This document shows, piece by piece, positions 10,997 to 21,619 of a stretch of DNA of 64,000 bases; position 1 is the stretch's first letter; the number at the start of each line of letters is the position of its first letter. The stretch lies in assembly GCA_030390025.1 (NCBI GenBank), contig JASTWF010000329.1, forward strand, positions 434,001-498,000, written 5' to 3'. The stretch is from Squalus acanthias. Its lineage: Eukaryota. Both the position numbers and the translations under genes were made by a program. The notes under the pieces were generated by a model. That model worked only from the letters and a program-made list of their open reading frames with translations, ran no database searches and was not told the origin of the DNA.

Positions 10997-12298
10997 TTAG
11001 ATTCTATGATCAGTGTGAAGACGCTGGTGTCTCTTAAGGCTTTTTGAGCTTTTAAAGCTCTTCGCACAGTCAGAACATTGAAAGGGTCTCTCGTCAGTGT
11101 GAACAAGCTGGTGTGACAGGAGGGTGGATGACTGAGTGAATCCCTTCCCACACTCAGAGCAGGTGAACGGCCTCTCGCCAGTGTGGAGGAACAGGTGTCT
11201 CTTCAGCTCCCCGGAGCTTTTAAAGCTTCTCCCACAGTCAGAACATTTAAAGGGGTTCTCTCCAGTGTGAACTCGCTGATGTGTCAGCAGGGTGGAGGAC
11301 TGCAAGAATCCCTTCCCACACACAGAGCAGCTGAACGGCCTCTCCGCAGAGTGAACTCGCTGGTGTTGCTTGAGCTCCCAGGAGCTTTTAAAGCTCTTCC
11401 CACAGTCAGAACATTTCAAGGGTCTCTCTTCAGTGTGAACAAGCTGGTGTGTCAGCAGGGTGGAGGACTGCAAGAATCCCTTCCCACACTCGGAGCAGGT
11501 GAACGGCCTCTCTCCAGTGTGAACTCGCTGGTGTTGCTTGAGCTCCCGGGGGATTTTAAAGCTCTTCCGACACGCAGAACATTTAAAGGGTCTCTCGTCA
11601 GTGTGAACTCGCTGGTGTCCCTTCAGTTCCCCGGGGCATTTAAAGCTCTTCCCACAGTCAGAACATTTAAAGGCTCTCTCATCAGTGTGAAGAAGCTGGT
11701 GTGTCAGCAGGGTGGAGGACTGCAAGAATCCCTTCCCACACACGGAGCAGGTGAACGGCCTTTCCACAGTGTGAACAAGCTGGTGTCCCTTCAGATCGCC
11801 AGAGCTTTTAAAGCTCTTACCACAGTCAGGACACGTAAACGGCCTCTCATTAGTGTGAACAAGCTGATGTCGCACCAGATCGGCGGAGCATTTAAAGCTC
11901 TTCCCACAGTCAGAACATGTAAATGGTCTCTCATCGGTGTGAACTCGCTGGTGTCGCTTCAGATCCTGGGGGCTTTTAAAGCTCTTCCCACAGTCAGAAC
12001 ACTGAAATGGTCTCTCGTCAGTGTGAACTCGCTGGTGTGTTTGCAGGTGGGATGAACAAACAAATCCCTTTCCACACACGGAGCAGGTGAACGGACTGTC
12101 ACTGGTGCGACTGCGCCGTTGAACTTCTATTGCAGACGGGGAACTGAATCCCTTCCCACCGTCCCCACCTTTACCCGGTTTCTCCCCGGTGTGATGGTGC
12201 ACATGTCTCACCAGGTCAGGCGATCGGCTGAATCCGCGTCCACACACCGAACACGTGTGCAGTTTGTCATCGCTGCGATCGCTGCTTTCTCCTTCCAT
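10997..12298 (-). CDS. C2H2 zinc-finger protein, 433 aa from the first ATG, 14 intact + 1 degenerate finger, no KRAB
   Basis: open array from MEGESSDRSDD; exon starts at 12407 after ttttacag; stop codon lies in the CR1 tail. Confidence 0.85.
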   Translation of the reverse strand: MEGESSDRSDDKLHTCSVCGRGFSRSPDLVRHVHHHTGEKPGKGGDGGKGFSSPSAIEVQRRSRTSDSPFTCSVCGKGFVCSSHLQTHQRVHTDERPFQCSDCGKSFKSPQDLKRHQRVHTDERPFTCSDCGKSFKCSADLVRHQLVHTNERPFTCPDCGKSFKSSGDLKGHQLVHTVERPFTCSVCGKGFLQSSTLLTHQLLHTDERAFKCSDCGKSFKCPGELKGHQRVHTDERPFKCSACRKSFKIPRELKQHQRVHTGERPFTCSECGKGFLQSSTLLTHQLVHTEERPLKCSDCGKSFKSSWELKQHQRVHSAERPFSCSVCGKGFLQSSTLLTHQRVHTGENPFKCSDCGRSFKSSGELKRHLFLHTGERPFTCSECGKGFTQSSTLLSHQLVHTDERPFQCSDCAKSFKSSKSLKRHQRLHTDHRI

Positions 12299-12589
12299 GT
12301 GCAAAGGCCGATGATGTTCAGGTCCTGATGAATCGAGCGACTCTGTCAGATTTTGACGTGATGTTTGGTCTGAGCTTCCCGCCTGTAACTGCTCCACTTC
12401 TATAACCCTGTAAAATGAGTTCAGAAAAGGATCAGAGGCAAACTGTTGTTTAATTTTCCCCTTTCCGAACCTAGGGGCAGTGAAGCTGATTTTCAGGCTC
12501 CAGCTGCTGCACAGGTTGGTTGAAAGGATCAGCAGTAATGGCGGCTGTAATACCCACAAGCCCCCGCGCTCCAGAAAGCGCTCTGTTGA

Positions 12590-12810
12590 CTCTGAGTCCC
12601 GCCCATGTGCTCATGGCCCCCGCGCTCTCCCTCCTGCTCCACAATCGCCCGTCCCGATCGGTCCACAACGCGCATGCTCAGCGCACAAAACCCCGCGGTT
12701 GGAACATCAGGCGCGCATGCAGAGCCGCAACATCTGGTACGCGTGCGCTGCTCAGGTGGGGGCGAGTCGGTGTTTCACCTCGGCCGCCAGGGAGGTGCGC
12801 ATGCGCAGGA
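12590..12810. promoter_or_regulatory. GC-rich promoter with several NRF1-type sites
   Basis: gcgcatgc repeated; tgcgcatgcgca at 12796-12807; inverted paralog at ~62630-62840. Confidence 0.6.
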
Positions 12811-12856
12811 CGACCCAACATTCTTCCTGTCAGTAATCACTCCCTCGTTTCTTTAA

Positions 12857-12960
12857 TAAAAACAGAAAATGATGGAAATACACAGCAGGTCAGGCAGCTT
12901 CTGTGGATAGAGAAACAGAGTTAACGTTTCAGGTCGATGACCTTTTGTCAAAACTGCTTG
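12857..12960 (-). mobile_element. Penelope terminal-repeat fragment with degenerate hammerhead
   Basis: matches 17790-17901; core reads TTGACAA. Confidence 0.7.
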
Positions 12961-12969
12961 TTCTTTAGT

Positions 12970-13265
12970 GTCAGCCAGTGGCTCAGTGGGTAGCACGCTC
13001 GCCTCTGAGTCAGAAAGTTGTGGGTTCAAGTCCCACTCCAGAGACTTGAGCACAGGAATCCAGGCTGACACTCCAGTGCAGTGCTGAGGGAGTGCAGCAC
13101 TGTCGAAGGTGCCGTCTTTCAGAGGAGATATTAAATCGAGGCCCGGTTTCTAAGAAGAGCAGGGGAGCTATCCCCGGTGTCCGGGCCAATGTTTATCCCT
13201 CAGTCCTGCTGGGCGCTAATTGGCTGCCGCCTTTCCACATTACAACTGTGACGTCACTTCATTGG
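12970..13265 (+). mobile_element. tRNA-derived SINE (Deu-domain/SacSINE1-like)
   Basis: A box tggctcagtgg 12979, B box gggttcaagtccc 13022, gtgccgtctttc core; family name from memory. Confidence 0.7.
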
Positions 13266-13269
13266 CGGT

Positions 13270-13870
13270 TTGGGCCGAGTCCGGCACAGCGCCCCCTCCC
13301 GGTGACCAAGGGTAATAACCGCGCATGCCCAGAGAAGACCAACCCCCCCTCCCCCACTCGGAGCTGCGCCTGCGCGGTTGGATCCTTCCGGACGGAGTCG
13401 GCGCTGGGCATTCCGGGGAAAGGCCTTGGTGTCGGTTACAGACTCGCGATCGGTGACGCAAAGTGAGTTTTCTCCGCTCCGATTGGGTGGAGAATTGCGC
13501 GGGGTGGAGGGGAGGGGTGGATCGGGAGAGAATAAAGAGAAATAGAAAAACCTCAGAGTCCGCGAGGTCCCGGACCGAGCGGAGTCAGTTGGACGGAGCA
13601 CGTCATCTCCTCGGGGACACGTGATCCGGGCCCACGGCCTGATTGACGGGAGCTTCCGACCAATAGGGAGCGAGCGGGGCGGGGCTGGAGGAGCGAGCCG
13701 GCGGCGGGTCCTCCAACTAATCGGGGAGCCCGAGGGGCGGGACTAGCACCGGCTGATTGTCTGATCCGCGGGGCAGCGAGTTTCTCCAGTCCCTTGTTCA
13801 GGGCCCGGGGCCAGGGGAGGCTGTGGGCCTTTATTCCCCTTATTGGACACAAGGCTCTTCGTCTCACAAC
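13270..13870. promoter_or_regulatory. GC-rich promoter module (CCAAT, GC boxes, NRF1-type and CRE-like sites)
   Basis: gcgcatgc, gattgg, ccaat, ggggcgggg, tgacgca; inverted near-identical copy at 55920-56500. Confidence 0.55.
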
Positions 13871-13961
13871 ACACTGGCTCAGATTTTAATACAGACTTTT
13901 TAAATTCATGAATAAAAGCAGTTAAACCCCGTGCTTCTGTGGCACAAACTTTCTAATATTT

Positions 13962-14640
13962 TATAGAATCATAGAATGGTTGCAGCACAGAAGGAGGCCA
14001 TTCAGCCCGTCGAGCCCGTGCCGGCTCTCTGCAAGATCACTTCAGCTAGTCCCACTCCCCCGCCCTTTCCCCGTAGCCCTGCAAATTTCTTTACTTCAGG
14101 TACTTATCCAATTCCCTTTTGAAAGCCATGATTGAATCTGCCTCCACCACCCTTTCAGGCAGTGCATTCCAGATCCTAACCACTCGCTGCATAAAAAAGT
14201 TTTTCCTCATGTTGCCTTTGGTTCTTCTGCCAATCACCTTAAATGTGTGTCCTCTGGTTCTCGACCCTTCCGCCAATGGGAACAGTTTCTCTCTATCTAC
14301 TCTGTCCAGAAGCCTCGTGATTTTGAACACCTCTATCAAATTTCCTCTCTACCTTCTCTGCTCTGAGGAGAACCACCCCAGCTTCTCCAGTCTATCCACA
14401 TAACTGAAGTCCCTCATCCCTCATCCCTGGAACCATTCTTGTAAATCTTTTCGGCACCATCTCTAAGGCCTTCACATCCTTCATAAAGTGCAGTTGAGGC
14501 CGAACCAGTGTTTTATAAAGGTTCATCATCACGTCCTTGCTTTTGTACTCTATGCCTCGATTTATAAAGCCCAGGATCCCGTATGCTTTTTTAACCGCTT
14601 TCTCAACCTGCCCTGCCACCTTCAATGATTTGTGCACACC
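13962..14640 (-). mobile_element. CR1 3' fragment (segmental copy of 55150-55828)
   Basis: ORFs 14091-14339 and 14392-14646; shares the [10 protein letters not shown] deletion with the 55-kb copy. Confidence 0.85.
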
Positions 14641-14644
14641 TATC

Positions 14645-16345
14645 ACTGGGCTGGAGTTTAATATTCTGGATAAATGTCAAATCAATCAGCTTTGTTTTAA
14701 ACACATTGTTGTAGATTTTCATCTTTCCCACCTGAGTGTTTAGCATCACCTGGCTGGAGCTCAGAAAGGACAATCTGGGGGAGGATCGTACGGCGGGAAC
14801 AGAACTTCAGCCTTTACACAGTCCTTCAGGGCCACACTGAGAGGGGCAAAATGCACTTTGGTCTTTCTCGTCTCTCTTCACTGACAGCAAAGTCCCCGTG
14901 CGGGTTAATCTCAAGGCCTGTAAGAAACGTGTCCCAGCCGCTCTCTGCCATGGTTCAGAGCTCCTGGGCACGGAACAGAAGGCTCCTTTAGGAATGTACC
15001 CCAGTGCTTTTTTTTTAATGGCCTTATTAACGTGTGTCGCTACTTTTAGTGATTTGTGTATCTGTATCCCTGGATCCCTCTGCTCCTCCAGCCCATTTAG
15101 ACTCTTGGGGGGGAAAATTCAGTGGCGCCCCCTTTGGGTCGCTAACGTCGCCGGGGCTAATTTTAGCGCCCCGAAAAAGTTAGCGCCCCTGCACATTAAA
15201 TTCAGTGGTAGCGCCCCAAGCAGGAGGCGGGGTGCTACTGGAAGCGCTCCCCTCCCTCTTGAGGCGCTACCAGTGAATTTTGCGGCGCTTCATGCAACAG
15301 CGCCACGCCCGTCGGCACATAGCACCGTGTCATAGCAGACCTCCCTCCCTGATTAAAGGGGAGGGGCCTAGCACTGCTCACACCGGGGCCCTGCTGGATC
15401 ACCGGGGAGCGGGGTGTCGGATCAAGAGGAGCGCCGGGCTGAGCGATTGCGGCCGGCACCCCGAAGAAGAAAGGGGAAGGGGGCAGGTGCTGGCAGTCGG
15501 CCAAAATAAAAAGTTGCTGCCCGACACCTGCCCTTTAAGTGGCGTCGCGGCTGCAGGAACGACCCTTGACCCTGTCGCATATATCATCTGGCGATAGGTC
15601 AGAGGTTACAACCCAAGGTTGCAGCCGGGGTGCTGCGCATGGCGATGATGTCATTGCCGGCGGTGCAGTGCCGCGGGGCGCTACCGGCTACCGCCACCGC
15701 TAACCTCCCGCTGAATATCGCGGGAGGCACAAAGCAACCCAATTTCACCCCCTTGTTGTCCAAGTAGTGAGTGGCCTCCTTATTCTTCCCACCAAAACAC
15801 ACCACCTCACACTGATCTATAGTGAAATTCATTTGCCAATTACACGCCCATTCTGAAATTTATTAATGTCTTCTTGCATTTTGTCTTCCTCAGTATTAAC
15901 TCTACCTCCCCATTTGATGTCCTCGACAAACTTTGAGATTGTTCTTCTGATTCCCGAGTCCAAATCGTTTCTGTAAATGATGAACAACAGTATTCCCAGC
16001 ACTGATCCCTGTGGAACACCACTTCCCACCTTTTGCCAGTCTGAGTAGCTACTCCCAACCCCTACTCTCTGTTTTCTGTTTTGTAACCAGCTTGCTATCC
16101 ATAACAGTTTGTAAGATCGACAAGATGACCAAGGTCAGGCCGTGTGGAGTGAAGGGCCAGGCAGCAGAATGGATGGAAAGCTGGCTACAAAACAGAAATC
16201 AGAGGGTTGGAGTTAAGGGAAGTTTGTTGTGATCTTTCCATCCATTCTGCTGCCTGGCCCTTGACTCCACATGGCCTGACCATGGTCATCTTGTAGACCG
16301 TACATACTGCAGACACAGTGCACTAGTGGTGGAGGGGGTGGATAT
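14645..16345 (+). repeat. Direct segmental duplicate of ~48843-50562 (end of ZNF 3'UTR and flank)
   Basis: colinear high identity including the CR1 fragment, MITE and foldback. Confidence 0.9.
15107..15752. mobile_element. GC-rich MITE-like DNA transposon inserted in a CR1 fragment
   Basis: ends ggggggaaaatt / aatttcaccccc; internal agcgcccc/ggggcgct repeats; CR1 sequence resumes on both sides. Confidence 0.6.
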
Positions 16346-16669
16346 TGAGTCCTGTGGCAGGGGCGCGCCCCTGACAGAGTTACAGACCCTTCAGCCACTG
16401 GAAAAACATGGAGAGCTGAGCTCGGCAGCATTAGTCCTGTTTTGCTTCCTTTGGAGACCAGGTGTAGGAGCAGAGTGAGCGCAGCCTTCACAGCAACCGC
16501 AATAAAATTGTTACAGTTGTGAAGGAACTTTGTGTAACTGCACTGGACCACAAACAAAGTATGTGTGTCGATTATTGTCTGACTGCGCTACTGTGACATT
16601 TTAAAGGCGCTATATAAAGGTAAGTTGTTGTTTGGTGTGAGTTTGTGGTGTGTAAAAGCTGCCCTTCTC

Positions 16670-17240
16670 ACAGCCTGTAAAAGGAGTTTCCAAAAGCCAT
16701 GACTGAGTCCAGGATAGAAATTGACAAGATTCTCTCCTCCTGGTTCGTGGCCAAGGGGGCCGCGCATGCGCTCTGCTGCCCCCTGAGCCTGTCAAGATGG
16801 CGGCCGTTAACCCGGGCCTGTCACCGGGAGAAAGCCCCGCAGCTGCCGCCCCGCTCGGGGCAAACGCCCGGCCCGGAGGCTCTTGTTCGGGGCCTGAGGC
16901 CCACCCCGGGTGTTTGTGAAGCGGATAATGTTGAGTGTTTTAATAATGGGGCCTGGGGCCGCACTCAGGGTGTGTGCAGCCCGCGTCCCCCCGGGGTTTA
17001 TTAACCCGCTCCCTGAGCTCTCTCACCTGATGTGTCAGCGGCTGCTGCCAAGGTCCGCGCATGCTCAGCTCACACTGCCCGGGTGATTGACGGGAACTCG
17101 GACCAATAGGAAGAGCGGGGCGGGGCGGGGCTGGGGGAGCGATCGGGCGGCGAGTCCTCCAACCAATCGGAGTGTGTGAGGGGCGGGGCTTGCGGCACCC
17201 AGTGGGCGGGGCTCAGCCCGGAGCTCCCTCATTGGCTGAA
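16670..17240 (-). promoter_or_regulatory. Orphan ZNF promoter with decayed acceptor, no finger array
   Basis: YY1-type caagatggcggc ~16793, gcgcatgcgc ~16762, CCAAT x3; cctgtaaaaggagtttccaaaag matches the ZNF acceptor region. Confidence 0.55.
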
Positions 17241-17399
17241 ACTCTGCATCATTTTCAAACCTGATTTCTCTCAAACTCCAGGAGAAAACTGGACCTTTCT
17301 GTTGTGGCTTTAAACAGATGGAACCCTGTGGTGTGGAGCAAACATTGCAACATTTGGTAGTGAAATGGATTCATTCAGGACAGACAGCAGGGATTATTT

Positions 17400-17767
17400 C
17401 AGGCAATAACACAGTGTAGTGAGAAAGGAAATGCAGTGGATGTTGTGGAGATGGATTGTCAAAAGGTGTTTGATCAGGTGCCGGACAGGAGGTTTGTTCA
17501 TCAAATTAAGGCTCACGGTATTAAAGGGAGTGGGGCAGCGTGGGTCGCAAGTTGGGTAAAGAGCAGAAAACAGAGAGTAGTGGTTAATGGATGTTCTTCA
17601 GACTGGAGGGATGTAAACAGTGGTGTCCCCCAGGGTCAGTGTTAGGACCATTGCTCTTCTCAATATAACTAAATGAGCTGGGCTTGGGTTTATGGGGCAC
17701 AAGGTCAAATTCACCAGATGAGGCTGAAATAGGGAGCATGGCCACCTGTGAAGAGGACTGTAATTGA
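17400..17767 (+). mobile_element. Old CR1 RT fragment, host of nested insertions; continues at 21526-21620, 23098-23172 and 24105-24540
   Basis: DVVEMDCQKVFDQVP...SGVPQG; CR1 sequence resumes after each insertion. Confidence 0.7.
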
Positions 17768-17859
17768 TAGCAAAATACTGCGGATGCTGGAAATCCGAAA
17801 TAACAACAGAAAACGCTGGAAAAACTCAGCAGGCCAGGCAGCATCCGTGGAGAGAGAAA

Positions 17860-17901
17860 CAGAGTTAACGTTTCAGGTCGAAGACCTTTCGTCAGAACTG
17901 G
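17860..17901 (-). ncRNA. Minimal hammerhead ribozyme motif, intact core
   Basis: CAGUU-CUGACGA-A-AGGUC(UUC)GACCU-GAAA-CGUU-AACU. Confidence 0.75.
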
Positions 17902-17984
17902 AAAAAGCAGGAAATGAAATAGATTTAAGGCAAGGATAAAGCTGGGAAAAGGGGGAGTGGATGAAAGAACAAAAGGAGAGATTA

Positions 17985-19415
17985 GAACATAAGAACATAA
18001 GAAATAGGAGCAGGAGTAGGCCAATCGGCCCTTCGAGCCTGCTCCGCCATTCAATAAGATCATGGCTGATCTGATCCTCACCTCAAATCTAAAGAACACA
18101 AGAAGTAGGAGCAGGACCCGGCCACTCAGCCCCTGGGCCCGCTACGCCACCCACAGGGCCTCGACCGATCCGAACTCAGCCTCATGTCCAATTTCTTGCC
18201 CGCTCACCGTAACCCCTAATTCCCTTTACTTCTAGGAAACTGTCTATTTCTATTTTAAATTTATTTAATGATGCAGCTTCCACAGCTTCCTGGGGCAGCA
18301 AATTCCACAGACCTACTACCCTCTGAGTGAAGAAGTTTCTCCTCATCTCAGTTTTGAAAGAGCAGCCCCTTATTCTAAGATTATGTCCCCTAGTTCTAGT
18401 TTCACCCATCCTTGGGAACATCCTTACCGCATCCACCCGATCAAGCCCCTTCACAATCTTATATGTTTCAATAAGATCGCCTCTCATTCTTCTGAACTCC
18501 AATGAGTAGAGTCCCAATCTACTCAACCTCTCCTCGTATGTCCACCCCCTCATCCCGGGGATTAACCGAGTGAACCTTCTTTGTACTGCCTCGAGAGCAA
18601 GTATGTCTTTTCTTAAGTATGGACACCAAAACTGTATGCAGTATTCCAGATGCGGTCTCACCAATACCTTATATAACTGCAGCAATACCTCCCTGTTTTT
18701 ATAATCTATCCCCCTAGCAATAAAAGCCAACATTCCGTTGGCCTTCTTGATCACCTGCTGCACCTGCATACTAACTTTTTGATTTTCTTGCACTAGGACC
18801 CCCAGATCCCTTTGTACTGCAGTACTTTCCAGTTTCTCGCCATTAAGATAATAACTTGCTCTCTGATTTTTCCTGCCAAAGTGCATAACCTCACATTTTC
18901 CAATATTGTATTGCATCTGCCAAATCTCTGCCCACTCACCCAGCTTGTCTATATCCCCTTGTAGGTTTTTTATGTCCTCCTCACTTTCTACTTTCCCTCC
19001 CATCTTTGTATCATCTGCAAACTTTGATCTGTTACACTCGGTCCCCTCCTCCAAATCGTTAATATAGATTGTAAAGAGTTGGGGACCCAGCACCGACCCC
19101 TGCGGAACACCACTGGCTACTGGTTGCCAGTCCGAGAATGAACCATTTATCCCAACTCTCTGCTTCCTGTTAGATAACCAATCCTCCACCCATGCCAGAA
19201 TATTACCCCCAATCCAGTGATTTTTTATCTTGAGCAATAATCTTTTATGTGGCACCTTGTCGAATGCCTTCTGGAAGTCTAAATACACTACGTCCATTGG
19301 TTCCCCTTTATCCACCCTGTACGTTATGTCCTCAAAGAACTCAAGCAAATTTGTCAGACATGATTTCCCCTTCATAAAGCCATGCTGACTTTGTCCTATC
19401 AAATTATGTTTATTA
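17985..19415 (-). mobile_element. Young 5'-truncated CR1 nested in the Penelope 3' repeat
   Basis: open 415-aa RT ([25 protein letters not shown]); (TTCTTATG)n tail; TSD agatta at 17979-17984 / 19416-19421; empty site visible at ~21355-21370. Confidence 0.93.
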
Positions 19416-21442
19416 AGATTAAGAGACATTGAGAGACATTAAGAGATGATCAAGGCAAGAGGAGGTGTTAATGTGACAGGTTAAGGCTGAAAGAAGTGTG
19501 AAATGCGCTGGCAGAATGAAGGACAGCTGCCAGCTTCTCGGAGGGAAAAAAAAGGGGGGGCCAAACAAAAGGGTGGATGAAAAAATAAAATATAAATGTG
19601 ATTGGAGCTGAGGTTATGATCTAAAATTGTTGAACTCGATATTGAGTCCAGAGGGCTGTAGCGTGCCTAAACGAAAGATGAGGTGCTGTTCCTCGAGCTT
19701 ACACTGCGCTTCCGTGGAACAGTGTAATAGGCCGAGGACGGTGAGGTCAGAGTGGGAGTGAAGCGGAGAATTAAAGTGACAGGCCACCAGGAGCTCGGGG
19801 TCCCCCTTACGGACTGAACGGAGGTGTTCCGCAAAGTGGTCACCCAATCTGCGTTTGGTCTCCCCAATGTAGAGAAGACCACATTGTGAGCAGCGAATAC
19901 AGTATACTAAATTGCAGGAAGTACAAGTAAATCGCTGTTTCACCTGGAAGGGGTGTTTGGGGCCCTGGACAGTGGGAAGAGGGGAGGTATAAGGGCATGT
20001 GTTGCATCTCCTGCGCTTGCACGGGAAGGTGCCGGGCGAAGGGGAAGGGGTGCTGGGGGTGGTAGAGGAGTGGACTAGGGTGTCGCGGAGGGAGCGGTCC
20101 CTGCGGAATTTTGAAAGGGGAGGTGAGGGGAAGATGCATTTGGTGGTGGGATCACGCTGGAGGTGGCGGAAATGGCGGAGGATGATCCGTTGAATGTGGA
20201 GGCTGGTGGGGTGAAAGGTGAGGACAAGGGGAACTCTATCGTGGTTCCAGGAGGGAGGGGTAGGGGTGAGGGCAGAAGTGCGGGAGATAGAACGGACACG
20301 GTCGAGGGCCGTGTCGACCACAGTAGAGGGGAATCCTCGGTTGAGGAAAAAGGAAGACATGTCGGAAGCACTGGTATGGAAGGTGGCATCATCAGAGCAG
20401 ATGCGGCGGAGACGGAGAAACTGGAAGAATGGAATAGAGTCCTTAGAGGAGGCGGGGTGGGAGGAAGTGTAGTCCAGGTAGCTGTGGGAGTCAGTGGGCT
20501 TGTAGTGAATGTTAGTCAATAACCTATCCCCAGAGATGGAGACGAGAAGTCGAGGAAGGGAAGGGAAGAGTCAGAGATGGACCATGTGAAGCTGAGGGAA
20601 GGGTGGAAATTGGAAGCATAGTGAATGAAATGTTCTAGTTCAGGGCAAGAGCAGGAGACGGCACCGATACAGTCATCAATGTACCAGAAAAAGAGGTGAG
20701 GGAGGGGACCCGAGTAGGACTGGAACAAAGAGTGTTCCACATATCCCACGAAAAGGCAGGCATAGCTAGGACCCATGCGGGTACCCATAGCAACACCTTT
20801 AATTTGGAGGAAATGGGTGGAGTCAAAGGAGAAGTTGTTCAATGTGAGAACAAGTTCAGCCAGGCGGAGGAGGGTGGTGGTGGATGGGGACTGGTTGGGC
20901 CTCTGTTCAAGGAAGAAGCGGAGCGCCCTCAGGCCTTCCTGGTGGGGGATGGAGGTGTAGAGGGATTGTACGTCCATAGTGAAAAGGAGGCGGTTGGGGC
21001 CAGGAAACTGGAAACTGTTAAAATGACAGAGGGCGTCGGAAGAGTCCCGAATGTAGGTGGGAAGAGACTGGACAATGGGAGAAAAAATAGAGTCGAGATA
21101 GGAAGAGATAAGTTCCGTGGGGCAAGAACAGGCTGAAACAATGAGTCTACCGGGGCAGTCCTGTTTGTGGATCTTGGGAAGGAGGTAGAAGCGGGCTGTG
21201 CGGGGTTGGGGAACTATGAGGATGGTGGCCGTGGGGGGGAAATCAGCTGGCAGCTGTCCTTCATTCTGCCAGTGCATTTCACACTTCTTTTAGCCTCAAC
21301 CTGTCACATTAACACCTCCTCTTGCCTTGATCATCTCTTAATGTCTCTCAATGTCTCTTAATCTCTCCTTTTGTTCTTTCATCCCCTCCCCCTTTTCCCA
21401 GCTTTATACTTGCTTTAAATCTATTTCATTTCCTGCTTTTTC

Positions 21443-21484
21443 CAGTTCTGATGAAAGGTCTTCGACCTGAAACGTTAACTCTGT
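21443..21484 (+). ncRNA. Minimal hammerhead ribozyme motif, intact core
   Basis: cagtt-ctgatga-a-aggtc(ttc)gacct-gaaa-cgtt-aact. Confidence 0.75.
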
Positions 21485-21619
21485 TTCTCTCTCCACGGAT
21501 GCTGCCTGGCCTGCTGAGTTTTTCCAGGACTGTAATTGACTTCAGTGTGAATACACAGGTTCGTATATGGGGCGGGTAGATGTCAAATTAAATTTCATGC
21601 TAAGAAATATGAGTTGATA

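Larger units (their letters stand above)
6754..11008 (+). mobile_element. Degenerate CR1 LINE inserted in a ZNF coding sequence, interrupted by two later insertions
   Basis: ORF2 pieces (KSPGPD, QRDLGV, LEQRRLRGDLIEVFK) at 6790-7756, 9135-9873 and 10458-10950; 3' tail ctgtgctgttagattctatg; 3-bp duplication atc at 6751-6753 / 11009-11011. Confidence 0.85.
17768..21525 (-). mobile_element. Penelope-like element (RT + GIY-YIG, frameshifted) with inverted terminal repeat
   Basis: ORFs 20516-21277 (GVAMGTRMGPSYA, YIDD) and 19614-20519 (LVYCIRC...YIGET); 21245-21525 is an inverted copy of the 3' repeat; 14-bp TSD aggactgtaattga at 17754-17767 / 21526-21539. Confidence 0.93.

Noticed and set aside
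11183..12055. 290-aa antisense ORF (also 63467-63991)
   Set aside because: Shadow frame of the zinc-finger array with the same 28-aa period
12408..12559. N-terminal extensions given by the ORF track for ZNFs (also 53412-53512)
   Set aside because: They start at TTG/GTG and cross the polypyrimidine/ttttacag acceptor, so are probably intronic
12975..13040. tRNA gene (also 26420 and 62410)
   Set aside because: A/B boxes continue into a SINE body; no complete cloverleaf evident
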